A stretch of DNA of 64,000 nt from Desulfococcaceae bacterium (GCA_030145385.1 JAQYVU010000007.1:17930-81929), one strand, 5' to 3'; shown: positions 1 to 9,629, counted from the first letter of the stretch. The notes: a model not told the origin generated them from the sequence alone. Numbers and translations are program-made.

Positions 1-1
1 A

Positions 2-3000
2 TGTGTCCGTAAACTGGAAAGTGATACTGTGGCCGGATGTCAGCCCGATGATGCTGTCCCCAAATTCATTGCCCCCGGCATACTTGAAGATAAACTGGGC
101 ATCTGTCGCATCCGCGGTAATGGAGATGGTATCGTTTCCTGCACCGCCGGCAATATTGACGGTGTTGCCAGTGGCGGAAGCCACCCCCAGGCTGATATTT
201 ATATTATCGTTACCGGTGCCGCCGCTCAGGGTGATGTTGTTGTTGTTAAACGTTTCCCCGCTTACGAAAAGGCTCAGGGTATCACTGCCGGACCCGCCGG
301 TCATCAGGACATCATTGGAACTTATGAGCGCTGTGGCCGATACGGTCGTCGAGCTGCCTGATGCACCAGCAAGGGCTGAAGCAGCAGCGGATGCTGAAAT
401 ATGGAGCGTCAGCAGATCATCACCGGAACCACCGTCCATGGTAATTTGGTTATTAACAATGGAGGCCTGGGCACTGGCTGAAGCGCTTGCAAGGCTTGAT
501 GCTGAAGCACTTGCAAAGGCGGATGCGGTTGCCTGTAAAGTCAGGTCAAGGGTGTCACTCCCCCCGCCGCCGGTCATATCGACTGTGTTATTATTGACCT
601 GCGCAGACATGCTGACATCGGCAGACGCGCTGGTTACAGAACCTAAGGCGGTTGACGGAACTGCTGTTGCCGATCCCTGCGCTGCAGCGTTTAAGAGGGC
701 CGTGAGCGTATCGTTGCCGCCGCCGCCGCTCATGCTGATATCATTTAAGTTTATATTTGCAGAGCCGGATGCCAAAGCATACAAATAACCGCTTTCACCT
801 GAGGCCAGGGCTTTTGCCGAGGCATCGGCCGTAAGGCTCAACGTCAGGCTGTCCGTGCCGGTATCGGACCCGCCGAACATATCGATGTTGTTGTTTGAAA
901 CGGCTGCGTCAGCATAATACGCATAGGCATAAGCACCGGTATCCCCTATTGCCGTGGCCACCACATCAGCCATTGCCGACAGATGGGCGTAAAAAGTGTC
1001 GTCGCCGGCCCCGCCGGTCATGGTGACAACATTGCTGCTCACAGAGACATAAGCGCCGTAATAGCAACTGGCGTCGGCGCTCCCGTATTCCGCGGATGCA
1101 AATCCATTAATCGATGCATCTGCCTGGAGATCCAGGGACAGGGTGTCGTTACCCGTGCCGCCGTCCATGAAAATATTATTGGAACTGTTGTAGGCACAAG
1201 CCGTGTAGTAGCCAACGGTCACATCCGCATCCCCGCCAATCCCGCTTTCGGACCCGGCAATGGCAATCCCGGTTTCTTTTACCGATACCGACAGCAAGGC
1301 TGAGAGCGTATCATCACCGGACCCGCCGGTCATGGAAATATCGTTATTGCTCACGATAGCTGAAACAGTAGAATAGGCCACATACCCTGAGGCATCTCCT
1401 GCTTCAGCAGACATGAGACCATATATCGATAAATCGGCAGACAGGGTCAAATCAAGCGTATCATTTCCTGCGCCGCCATACATATTGATATCATTAGTGT
1501 AATTGTTAGCCGTTACAGAAGAATAATACGCAACAGTCATCCAGGCATCATTACTCGAACCGCCGGCAATCGCCTCCCCTTTTATACTTAACGATGCGCC
1601 AAGCAGGGCGGTGAGGGTATCGCTGCCGTCCCCGCCGCTCATCGTGATGGTGTTGTTGGAAACAGTCGCATAAGTATAGTAGTATCCGACTGTCAGGGTC
1701 ACAGAATTATCTGTCGCAGAGCCCAGACCGTAAACCGATGCATCGGCTGAAAGCGTCAATGAGAGCGTGTCGGTCCCGATGCCGCCGTCCATCTTAATAA
1801 TGTTGCTATTGACGTTTGCGCTTACAGTTGAATAAGCAGCGGTCAAATCAGCGTCCCCTGTTCCTTCTGCCTTTGCGATTGCCGAAGACTTTGCCGATGC
1901 TGCCAAGAGGGCCGTGAGGGTGTCGTTCCCGTCCCCCCCGGTCATGGTAATGGTATTAATGTTCACGTTAGCACTTGCACAGTAATAACCCCAGGCATCT
2001 GCATCCCCGGATGTCGCAAACGCAGAGGCTTTTGCCGCTGCATCGGCAGAAAGTGTCAGGGTCAATGTATCATCCCCGGCATCACCCCCCATATCAACAG
2101 CATTGCTGTTCACATAGGCCGATACAGAGCTTGCGTATACTGTCGCCGCCTCCCCGTTTGCAATGGCGGAATTCCTGGCCGTTGCCGCCAAAAGTGCCGT
2201 AAGTGTGTCATTGCCGTCCCCGCCGCTCATGGTGATTGTATTATCGTCGACATAGGCTGTAGCGTAATAAGCTGTAGCGTTTGCAGATCCGCCTGATGCC
2301 GAAGCATAGGCCGAGGCATTTGCCGACAGCGTCAGGGCCAGGGTATCGGCACCGTCACCGCCATCCATAAAAATTGTGTTGCTGCTTACATAAGCATAGG
2401 CATAGTCGGCAAAGGCATCCACGCTTTGGCTGCCTGTTCCTTTGGCAATAATGGAACTCTTTGCCGTGGCTGCCAGTAGCAGGTTAAGGGAATCATTGCC
2501 CGCACCACCGGTCATGGAAATCGTGTTATCATCAACATATGCGTAAGCATAAGAGGCAGTTGCCTCAGCACCACCGGAAACCGCAGAAGCTGAAGCAAAG
2601 TTGTAGGCGTCCGCCGACAGGGTCAGGGACAGGCTGTCGCTTCCGTCACCGCCAAACATGTTCACATTATTGCTGGTCACGTAAACATATGCATAAACAG
2701 CCTCAGCCACGGCAGCCTCAGAACCGCTTGCCGAGCCCTTGGCAATGGCTGTATTTCTTCCCGACGCTGCCAGAAGGGCTGTCATTGTATCGTTGCCATC
2801 GCCGCCGGTCATGCTGATGGTGTTATTGCAAACAAATGCATATGCATAATAAGCGATCGCATAGGCGTCACCAGAAGACGCAGCTTCAGAAGCCAGTACA
2901 TATAGATCCGCGTCTGCCGACAGGGTCAGTGATAATGTGTCACTCCCTTCCCCGCCAAACATGTTCACGATGTTATCCCCCACTGTGGCATATGCCGTAT

Positions 3001-5530
3001 AAGCGGCTGCATAAGCAGCAGTGTCATAAGTGGTAGCAGAGGCAGTCAGCGACGTGCCTTTGGCGATTGCCGTTATTCTGGCACTGGCTGCCAGAAGTGC
3101 CGTAAGCGTGTCATTGCCCGTACCGCCGCTTATGGTAACCGTATTGCTGTCAACCGTGGCATACGCATAATACGCAGAGGCAGAAGCCTCACCGCCGGAT
3201 GCTGAGATAAACATAGATGCAGTCGCAGACATTGTAAGGGACAGGGTGTCGGTGCCGCTGCCGCCATCCATATAAACATCGTTACTGTACACATACCCAT
3301 AGGCATAACTGCCAAATGCATCCACATTTTGGCTGCCGGTTCCATTGGCAATGGCTGTAATTTTTGCCGAGGCCGCCAAAAGGGCTTTAAGCGTATCATT
3401 GCCGGTTCCGCCCGTCATTGAAACAGAGTTAGAATACGCATAAGCATACGCATAATCACCGGAAGCGCTTGCGCCACCTGAGACGGCGGCTGCCTTCGCA
3501 TAAAGCTCCGCCTCTACCGACAAGGTCAGGGACAGGGTATCACTCCCGTCACCCCCAAACATATCCACAACATTGCTGTATATAGAATTGTAAGCATAAT
3601 ATGCACTTGCATACGCAACAGTGGTCGAGGAGTCTAACGCCCCAGTGGCGATGGCAGACACTCCACCGGAGGCTGCCAGGAGTGCCGTAAGTTCATCATT
3701 GCCGGCACCGCCGGTCATGCTGATGGTATTACAATAAATTTCGGCATAAGCAGAATAGCCGGTGGCTTCGGCACCTCCGGAAACTGCTGAAGCCAAAGCA
3801 TAAACGTCTGCATCTGCAGACAAGGTCAGGGTCAGGGTGTCATCCCCGGAACCGCCAAACATGTCCACATCATTACTGCTCACATAGACATAAGCATAAT
3901 AGGCAGTTGCAGAGGCCGCATCGGTAGTGCTGGAAGAGGCTTTGGCAATACCTGAGACTTTACCACTGGCCGATAAAATGGCTGTCAGGGTATCATTGCC
4001 CGTGCCGCCGTCCATAACAATCGTGTTGCTGCTTACTGTTGCATAGGCATAATAGGCATAGAGATAGGCGCCGCCGGACTCTGCCGAGGCCAGTACATAC
4101 ATTTCCGCGTCTGCCGCCAAGGTCAGTGACAGGGTGTCATCTCCTGAACTGCCGTACATGTTTATCGCATTGCTGTCTACAACTGCATATACCGTATAAC
4201 CCGTGCCATAAGCAGCATCGGAAGTGCTTGACGAGCCTTTGGCAATATTTGACATCTTTCCCGTTGCTGCCAGAAGCGCCGAAAGGGTGTCATTGCCGGT
4301 GCCGCCGATCATGGAAACCGTATTACTTTCAACAGTTGCATAGGCATAATACGCATACACCGTGGCTTCAGGGCCGGAGGCAGACGCATAGGCCCCTGCG
4401 TTGGCCGACAGCGTCAGGGACATGGTATCGGTTCCTGCGCCGCCGTCCATAAAGATGTTATTATTATTTACATCAGCACTGGCATATGAGGCATACGCAT
4501 AATTTAAGGAGGAAGACCCCGTGCCGACGGCAATGGCCGAAACCTTTGCCGAGGCCGCCAGTAGGGCTGCAAGATTATCGTTGCCCGCACCACCGGTCAT
4601 GGAAATCGAGTTGCTGCTCACTTGGGCATCGGCATAATAAGCATAGGCAGAAGCCCCGGAATCACCAGCGGAAGTTGCTGAGACCTGTGCATGCGCATAA
4701 AGGTCCGCATTCGCTGACAGGGTCAGGGACAACGTATCACTTCCGTCACCGCCGAACATGTTCACGGTATTGTTGTCCACATTCGCTTCAGCGGAATATG
4801 CAGATGCATCCGCAGCATATCCCGTTGCACTGCTTGTCCCGGCTTTGGCCGTTCCCGAAGCCTTTGCTGTTGCTGCCAACAAGGCTGAGAGGGTGTCGTT
4901 GCCGGTGCCGCCGTCCAGGGTGATTGCGTTGTGCGTAATTGATGCAGTGGCACTGTAGCCTGTGGCATCCGCAGAACCTGAACTCGTGGCCGATGCCAGG
5001 GCATAGGCAGTTGCATCTGCGGAAAGAGTCAGGGACAACGTATCACTGCCGTCACCGCCGAACATGGCAATGTCATTGTTGCTAAGGAGGGCTTCGGCCG
5101 TACTTGCCTTGGCAGCAGCAGAAGATGATGTGACATCTGTATGAGAAGCAAGTGCCTTAACTGAGAGTTGGGCTGTGAGCGTATCATTGCCGGCACCGCC
5201 GGTCATGGTAATGATGTTGCCCATGTCGATGGTGGTGGCTGTACTGGTAAAAGTACCACTCCTAAAAACATGGCCGATATTAGCCCGGGCGGCAGCAGAA
5301 AATCCCGTGGATTGATCCGAGGCCGTCATGGCAAGATTGAGTATGTCATCCCCGGTCCCCCCGTCCATGTTGATGGCATTCCAGTCGACATTTTGAGGAT
5401 CGATATCAAGGGAAAGCGTGTCGTTGCAGGCGCCGCCGGTCATATTGATCTGGTTTTGTGCGACAGCCCCTGTGGCGGAAATTTTTATTGATATATTATC
5501 GCTGCTCAGTCCGCCGTGCGCGCTGATCGC
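2..5530 (-). repeat. Coding tandem array of ~36 units of ~145-155 bp (~50 aa). Each unit carries one RTX-like nonapeptide (GGxGxDTL). Two unit types alternate, giving a super-repeat of ~295-300 bp.
   Basis: On the + strand the motif recurs as ccgccggtcatgg (1011-1023, 1323-1335, and near 2505, 3710, 4597, 5200), which encodes ..MTGG... These copies interleave with ccgccgtccat / ccgccaaacatg (near 1160, 1785, 2360, 2652, 2952, 3265, 3852, 4005, 4443, 4752, 5057), which encode ..MDGG../..MFGG... Confidence 0.8.
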
Positions 5531-8155
5531 GTTGCTTAAAACATTGGCCCCGGCCAGGGTGACGCCGATGGTGTCTCCTTCGTTTTCACCGTACGGACAT
5601 TCGGGCCCGCCGTTGAGATTGAAGGTGTTGCCGGAAACATTGCCGCTTGCCGACAATGTAACGCCGAGGGTGTCTGACCAGCCCCGTCCCTCAATATCTA
5701 TGTTGTAGCCGTTAAAATCACCGGTAAAGCTGCCGAGGTTTACCAGAAGGGTGTCCGGCCCCGAGTCTCCGGTAAGGGTCGTGCTGGTGCCGGTTACCGA
5801 GGTAATTGTCTGTTCAGTCCCTGCCGCCACATCATCATCAATAATGGTGCCGGATGCGGAAGCAGAAGTGATCCTCGCCCCCCCGCTGGAGTTGGAAAGG
5901 GTGACAATAAAATTGTTTGAATATTCACCACATGTATCGCCGGCTACCTGCACCGTTATTGTCTTGCTCGTTTCTCCGGCTGCAAAGGTCACCGTACCGC
6001 CGGGCAGAGCGCCGCCAAAATCATCGGCATCGGCGGGATGGTCGCCGCTGCCGGCGACACTCCAGTCCACTGTATGGGTTTTGCCTGTGTCACCATCTCT
6101 GGTCACGGTAAAAGTAAAATCCGTGAGGCCGGCATCACCCTCGACATTATTGGCTGAGTCTGCGGAGATGGAAATATCTGTGTATATCCTTACGTCATCG
6201 TTAATTATTTGTGCGAATGCGGATTCCGTGGTGATATTTGCGCCTTGCGACGCATTGGCCAGGGTAACGGTAAAGCCTTCGGTACTCTCTACTCTTGAAT
6301 CGCCTGCCACCTGCACCGTAATGGTTTGGGTCGTTTCACCGGCTGCAAAGGTCACCGTACCGTCGGGCAAATCGCCCCCGAAGTCATCGGCGTTGGCAGG
6401 ATGGTCGCCGCTGCCGGCTACACTCCAGTCCACCGTATGGGTTGTGTCCAGGTCACCGGCTCTGGTCACGGTAAACGTATAATCCGTCAGCCCGGCATCA
6501 CCCTCGACATGATCAGCTGAGTCTGCAAAGATGGAAATTTCTGCGTCATCATTGATTATCGCTTCATCATCATTGATTATTTGTGCGGTTGCAAATTCTG
6601 TGGTGATATTTGCGCCTGCCGAAGCATTGGACAGTGCAATTGAAAAACCTTCGTTATTCTCGATTATTGAATCGCCTGCCACCTGCACCGTAATGGTCTG
6701 GGTTGTCTCGCCGGCTGCAAAAGTCACCGTACCGCCGGGCAGAGCGCCGCCAAAATCATCGGCATCGGCGGGATGGTCGCCGCTGCCTGCTACACTCCAG
6801 TCCACTGTATGGGCTGTGCTTGTGTCACCGTCTCTGGTCACGGTAAAAGTAAAATCCGTCAGCCCCGCATCACCCTCAACATTATTGGCTGAGTCTGCGG
6901 AAATGGAGATCGCTGCGTCATCATTATTTATCGCTACGTCATCGTTAATTATTTGTGCGAATGCGGATCCCGTGGTGATATTTGCGCCAGCCGAAGCATT
7001 GGACAGGGTAATTGTAAAGTCTTCGTTACTCTCTACTGTTGAATCGCCTGCCACCTGCACCGTAATGGTCTGGGTTGTCTCGCCGGCTGCAAAGGTCACC
7101 GTACCGCCGGGCAGAGCGCCACCGAAATCATCGGCGTCGGCGGGATAGTCGCCGCTGCCGGCGACACTCCAGTCCACTGTATGGGTGGTGCTTGTGTCAC
7201 CGTCTCTGCTCACAGTAAAGGTATAAACCGTCAGGTCGGCATCACCCTCGACATTAATGGCTGAGTCTGCGGAAATGAAGATCTCTGCGTCATCACTGTT
7301 TATCTCTGCGTCATCATTGATTATTTGTGCGAATGCGGATCCCGTGGTGATATTTGCGCCTTGCGAAGCATTGGACAGGGTAATTGTAAAGCCTTCGTCA
7401 CTCTCTACGGTTGAATCGCCGGCCACCTGCACCGTAATGGTCTGGGTTGTCTCGCCGGCTGCAAAGGTCACCGTACCGCCGGGCAGAGCGCCACCGAAAT
7501 CATCGGCGTCAGCTGGATGGTCACCGCTGCCGGCTACACTCCAGTCCACCGTAGGGGTTGTTTCCAGACCACCATTCCTGGTCACGGTAAAGGTAATATC
7601 AGTCAATCCTGAGTTCCCCTCTGCCTGACTGACCGAGTCCGTGGAAAGCGCAATAGTTGACAGGAAATATGGTAAATCCGGATCATCGCTGCCGGAGCGG
7701 CCATCAGGCTGGAAATATGGTAAATCCGGATCATCGCTGCCAGGCTTGTTTTCATTGCCTGCGTTTTGCATCCCTCCATTTTCATCTAAACCGAGATCCC
7801 AGAGTGTTTCATCGAGCCATGGCAGATCAGCAGTATCATTTATGGGCGCCCAGTCAAAGCTGTTGTTTCCCCCCAGTAAAGATTCCAGATCATCCATGGA
7901 GGCATTGAATGCTTCCTCATGGGAAAAACCGTTGATCAGAGATTGATTATAGGTATGTAATACTGATGTACGCATATCAGCAAACTGTTGCGGTGTTTTA
8001 CCAAACAGGTCCGCTAATGTTGCCTCTATGGCATTTAACGTAGTGATTAACGCCACTTTAGCGTTGGCACCTTCTGCCAATGCAGCATCATACGTTTCAT
8101 TTGCAATGCTCATTAAACCTTCGATGATATGTTCTACAGAATGTCCATCAGACAT
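2..8155 (-). CDS. Giant repetitive secreted/surface protein, N-terminal 2718 codons only (3' end lies beyond the window start). It has a ~150-aa unique N-terminus, 5 Calx-beta modules, then ~36 RTX-like GGxGxD units. Probable type I secretion substrate/adhesin.
   Basis: ATG at 8155-8153 with GAGGG 7 nt upstream. Hand translation of the minus frame (codon starts = 1 mod 3) gives MSDGHSVEHIIEGLMSIANE..., then ..VDWSVAGSGDHPADADDFGGALPGGTVTFAAGETTQTITVQVAGDSTVE.. (Calx-beta signature) and ..ITMTGGAGNDTLTAQLS... The frame is still open at the edge (..GDSIIGLTSGHSITFQFTD). The ORF track lists no minus ORF in this frame, so there is no in-frame stop between 8155 and 2. The track evidently drops ORFs that lack a stop inside the window. 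Confidence 0.85.
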   Translation of the reverse strand, partial: MSDGHSVEHIIEGLMSIANETYDAALAEGANAKVALITTLNAIEATLADLFGKTPQQFADMRTSVLHTYNQSLINGFSHEEAFNASMDDLESLLGGNNSFDWAPINDTADLPWLDETLWDLGLDENGGMQNAGNENKPGSDDPDLPYFQPDGRSGSDDPDLPYFLSTIALSTDSVSQAEGNSGLTDITFTVTRNGGLETTPTVDWSVAGSGDHPADADDFGGALPGGTVTFAAGETTQTITVQVAGDSTVESDEGFTITLSNASQGANITTGSAFAQIINDDAEINSDDAEIFISADSAINVEGDADLTVYTFTVSRDGDTSTTHTVDWSVAGSGDYPADADDFGGALPGGTVTFAAGETTQTITVQVAGDSTVESNEDFTITLSNASAGANITTGSAFAQIINDDVAINNDDAAISISADSANNVEGDAGLTDFTFTVTRDGDTSTAHTVDWSVAGSGDHPADADDFGGALPGGTVTFAAGETTQTITVQVAGDSIIENNEGFSIALSNASAGANITTEFATAQIINDDEAIINDDAEISIFADSADHVEGDAGLTDYTFTVTRAGDLDTTHTVDWSVAGSGDHPANADDFGGDLPDGTVTFAAGETTQTITVQVAGDSRVESTEGFTVTLANASQGANITTESAFAQIINDDVRIYTDISISADSANNVEGDAGLTDFTFTVTRDGDTGKTHTVDWSVAGSGDHPADADDFGGALPGGTVTFAAGETSKTITVQVAGDTCGEYSNNFIVTLSNSSGGARITSASASGTIIDDDVAAGTEQTITSVTGTSTTLTGDSGPDTLLVNLGSFTGDFNGYNIDIEGRGWSDTLGVTLSASGNVSGNTFNLNGGPECPYGENEGDTIGVTLAGANVLSNAISAHGGLSSDNISIKISATGAVAQNQINMTGGACNDTLSLDIDPQNVDWNAINMDGGTGDDILNLAMTASDQSTGFSAAARANIGHVFRSGTFTSTATTIDMGNIITMTGGAGNDTLTAQLSVKALASHTDVTSSSAAAKASTAEALLSNNDIAMFGGDGSDTLSLTLSADATAYALASATSSGSADATGYSATASITHNAITLDGGTGNDTLSALLAATAKASGTAKAGTSSATGYAADASAYSAEANVDNNTVNMFGGDGSDTLSLTLSANADLYAHAQVSATSAGDSGASAYAYYADAQVSSNSISMTGGAGNDNLAALLAASAKVSAIAVGTGSSSLNYAYASYASADVNNNNIFMDGGAGTDTMSLTLSANAGAYASASGPEATVYAYYAYATVESNTVSMIGGTGNDTLSALLAATGKMSNIAKGSSSTSDAAYGTGYTVYAVVDSNAINMYGSSGDDTLSLTLAADAEMYVLASAESGGAYLYAYYAYATVSSNTIVMDGGTGNDTLTAILSASGKVSGIAKASSSTTDAASATAYYAYVYVSSNDVDMFGGSGDDTLTLTLSADADVYALASAVSGGAEATGYSAYAEIYCNTISMTGGAGNDELTALLAASGGVSAIATGALDSSTTVAYASAYYAYNSIYSNVVDMFGGDGSDTLSLTLSVEAELYAKAAAVSGGASASGDYAYAYAYSNSVSMTGGTGNDTLKALLAASAKITAIANGTGSQNVDAFGSYAYGYVYSNDVYMDGGSGTDTLSLTMSATASMFISASGGEASASAYYAYATVDSNTVTISGGTGNDTLTALLAASARITAIAKGTSLTASATTYDTAAYAAAYTAYATVGDNIVNMFGGEGSDTLSLTLSADADLYVLASEAASSGDAYAIAYYAYAFVCNNTISMTGGDGNDTMTALLAASGRNTAIAKGSASGSEAAVAEAVYAYVYVTSNNVNMFGGDGSDSLSLTLSADAYNFASASAVSGGAEATASYAYAYVDDNTISMTGGAGNDSLNLLLAATAKSSIIAKGTGSQSVDAFADYAYAYVSSNTIFMDGGDGADTLALTLSANASAYASASGGSANATAYYATAYVDDNTITMSGGDGNDTLTALLAATARNSAIANGEAATVYASSVSAYVNSNAVDMGGDAGDDTLTLTLSADAAAKASAFATSGDADAWGYYCASANVNINTITMTGGDGNDTLTALLAASAKSSAIAKAEGTGDADLTAAYSTVSANVNSNIIKMDGGIGTDTLSLTLSADASVYGLGSATDNSVTLTVGYYYTYATVSNNTITMSGGDGSDTLTALLGASLSIKGEAIAGGSSNDAWMTVAYYSSVTANNYTNDINMYGGAGNDTLDLTLSADLSIYGLMSAEAGDASGYVAYSTVSAIVSNNDISMTGGSGDDTLSALLSVSVKETGIAIAGSESGIGGDADVTVGYYTACAYNSSNNIFMDGGTGNDTLSLDLQADASINGFASAEYGSADASCYYGAYVSVSSNVVTMTGGAGDDTFYAHLSAMADVVATAIGDTGAYAYAYYADAAVSNNNIDMFGGSDTGTDSLTLSLTADASAKALASGESGYLYALASGSANINLNDISMSGGGGNDTLTALLNAAAQGSATAVPSTALGSVTSASADVSMSAQVNNNTVDMTGGGGSDTLDLTLQATASAFASASASSLASASASAQASIVNNQITMDGGSGDDLLTLHISASAAASALAGASGSSTTVSATALISSNDVLMTGGSGSDTLSLFVSGETFNNNNITLSGGTGNDNINISLGVASATGNTVNIAGGAGNDTISITADATDAQFIFKYAGGNEFGDSIIGLTSGHSITFQFTDT
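5831..7660 (-). repeat. Five tandem Calx-beta modules (~124 aa each; 372-bp period, 363 bp for the last) within the giant CDS
   Basis: The string cgcc(t/g)gc(c/t)acctgcacc recurs at 5938, 6301, 6673, 7045 and 7417. Each module encodes ..TVDWSVAGSGD(H/Y)PA(D/N)ADDFGG.LP.GTVTFAAGET(T/S)(Q/K)TITVQVAGD.. and ends in ..IINDD/IIDDD. Confidence 0.8.
7663..7741 (-). repeat. Tandem 48-nt duplication (31-nt identical core) encoding GSDDPDLPYF twice, between the N-terminal domain and the first Calx-beta module
   Basis: ggaaatatggtaaatccggatcatcgctgcc occurs at 7663-7693 and again at 7711-7741. Confidence 0.9.
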
Positions 8156-8264
8156 TTTTCAACCCTCGATTTCCGTTATAATGAATCCATTTAGTGATAT
8201 CGATGACAGAGTAAAAATTCTCGGTAATAACTAACTCAGTCCATGACAGCTTTTAATGATGATA

Positions 8265-9527
8265 CTAAAGTTTGCCCATTGTTTCCAGCAGGGCATTGAT
8301 GTTGATTTTCACATCGGTTTTCGCGGATGCCGCATCGCTCTTGGCGTTGATAAGATTTGTTTCACCGGCAAGAACATCCAGAAGAGAACGTCTGCCAAGC
8401 TTGCGTTCTTTGCGTGCAAGTTCCAGAAACTGCTCAAGAATGTCTACCTGGCTATTCAAAAAACTTGAATTTGTGCGGGCGGTATCCACGTTGGCCCATG
8501 AGTTACGAACCTGTTCTTCAACCTGTTTTTTTAAATAATCACGGTTTTTAACAGCCGCCGCATAATCTTCTCTGGCTGACCGCACTTTATTGGTAGCGGT
8601 TAATCCCAGGTTAAAGGAATAAGAGAGTTCCACCTTGGCAACATAATCTTCTCTTCTCGCCTCAATGCCGCCGACTTCATCTTTCACGTCCGCCTGAAGA
8701 ACACCATTGATTACGGGAAGATAACCGTCAGCCTTGCTGGCGGAAAGAAGCGCATCGGCCTCCTTAACGGCAAAGTCCGCAACTTTCAGATTGGGATTTG
8801 ACTTCATGGCAACCTGCACCGCTTCGTCAACAGTTGCCGGCAGAGGCTGAGGAGAAGAATCTGTCGTAGTCAGGGCAGAGATTTCATCTGGCAAGCGGCC
8901 GAAAACTCTTTGCACCCTGTTTTTGGCCCGTTCGTAAACCCCTCTGGCACTGACGAGCCTTGCCTGCGCTCCCAGAAGTTGTGATTTTGACTGGAGTACG
9001 TCGGTTGAATATCCCTGGCCACGGGTAATACGGGTATTTTCCATCTCAGTCTGATGCTTGATGTTATTTTCTGACTGCTGGGCGTACTGAATGATATCTT
9101 CGGCATTTTTAAGTTCGAGATAGGCTACATTACCTTCCAGTATCAACTCCTGCCTGACCCGTTCCTTATCGGCAGAATATCTCAAATATTCGTTTCGTGC
9201 CTTCCGCAACCTTGCGTTGGTAAGGCCAAAATCCCAGAGAAGCTGCGTTATGGAAGCATCTAACTCTTTTGGATTTTGCGACAAATCATCAACATCTTCG
9301 AGTCTGTATTCGGAAGTGCCGGCAGAGGCCGTTAAATCAAGCTTGGGAAACCAGCCCCCAAGGGCTACGCGTATCTTATTTTCGGCTGAGACTTCCCTTG
9401 CCTGGGCTTCCTGGAGGCGTTCATGACTTTTTAGCATATTTGAAATTGCTTCATCCAGTTCCTCAGCCATGGCAGGGGAACCGAGCAGTAGGCTAATACA
9501 AACCATACCCATCAAAATCTTTTTCAT
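8265..9527 (-). CDS. TolC-family outer membrane efflux/type I secretion protein
   Basis: 420 aa with signal peptide MKKILMGMVCISLLLGSPAMA. It has the two-fold internal repeat of long helical segments typical of outer-membrane efflux (OEP/TolC) proteins. It lies directly upstream of the giant repeat protein on the same strand (109-nt gap). Confidence 0.8.
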   Translation of the reverse strand: MKKILMGMVCISLLLGSPAMAEELDEAISNMLKSHERLQEAQAREVSAENKIRVALGGWFPKLDLTASAGTSEYRLEDVDDLSQNPKELDASITQLLWDFGLTNARLRKARNEYLRYSADKERVRQELILEGNVAYLELKNAEDIIQYAQQSENNIKHQTEMENTRITRGQGYSTDVLQSKSQLLGAQARLVSARGVYERAKNRVQRVFGRLPDEISALTTTDSSPQPLPATVDEAVQVAMKSNPNLKVADFAVKEADALLSASKADGYLPVINGVLQADVKDEVGGIEARREDYVAKVELSYSFNLGLTATNKVRSAREDYAAAVKNRDYLKKQVEEQVRNSWANVDTARTNSSFLNSQVDILEQFLELARKERKLGRRSLLDVLAGETNLINAKSDAASAKTDVKININALLETMGKL

Positions 9528-9629
9528 ATATCCATCTCCTTTTAAGCCCGATCAAGTAAAATTAGTCGTAAATTCAAGTCTCACTTATCGCTGACAGCTC
9601 AGGATAAGGCTTTAGCTTTTTAGCAGAGT

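Noticed and set aside
290-5530. The regular ~150-bp periodicity could be mistaken for a CRISPR-like or satellite array
   Set aside because: The units are contiguous with no unique spacers, they are ~5x longer than CRISPR repeats, and they stay in one open reading frame with conserved peptide motifs. This is coding repeat structure.
3-7946. Numerous + strand ORFs from the track (3..788, 983..1303, 4039..4923, 5751..6482, 6531..7148, 7257..7628, 7641..7946, etc.)
   Set aside because: Their translations are low-complexity P/S/A/V/R-rich strings (SLPPPP, SPAAKVTVPPGRAPPKSSASAGW). These are simply the antisense reading of the GGxGxD and Calx-beta repeats. The minus-strand frame gives recognisable domains and one uninterrupted ORF.
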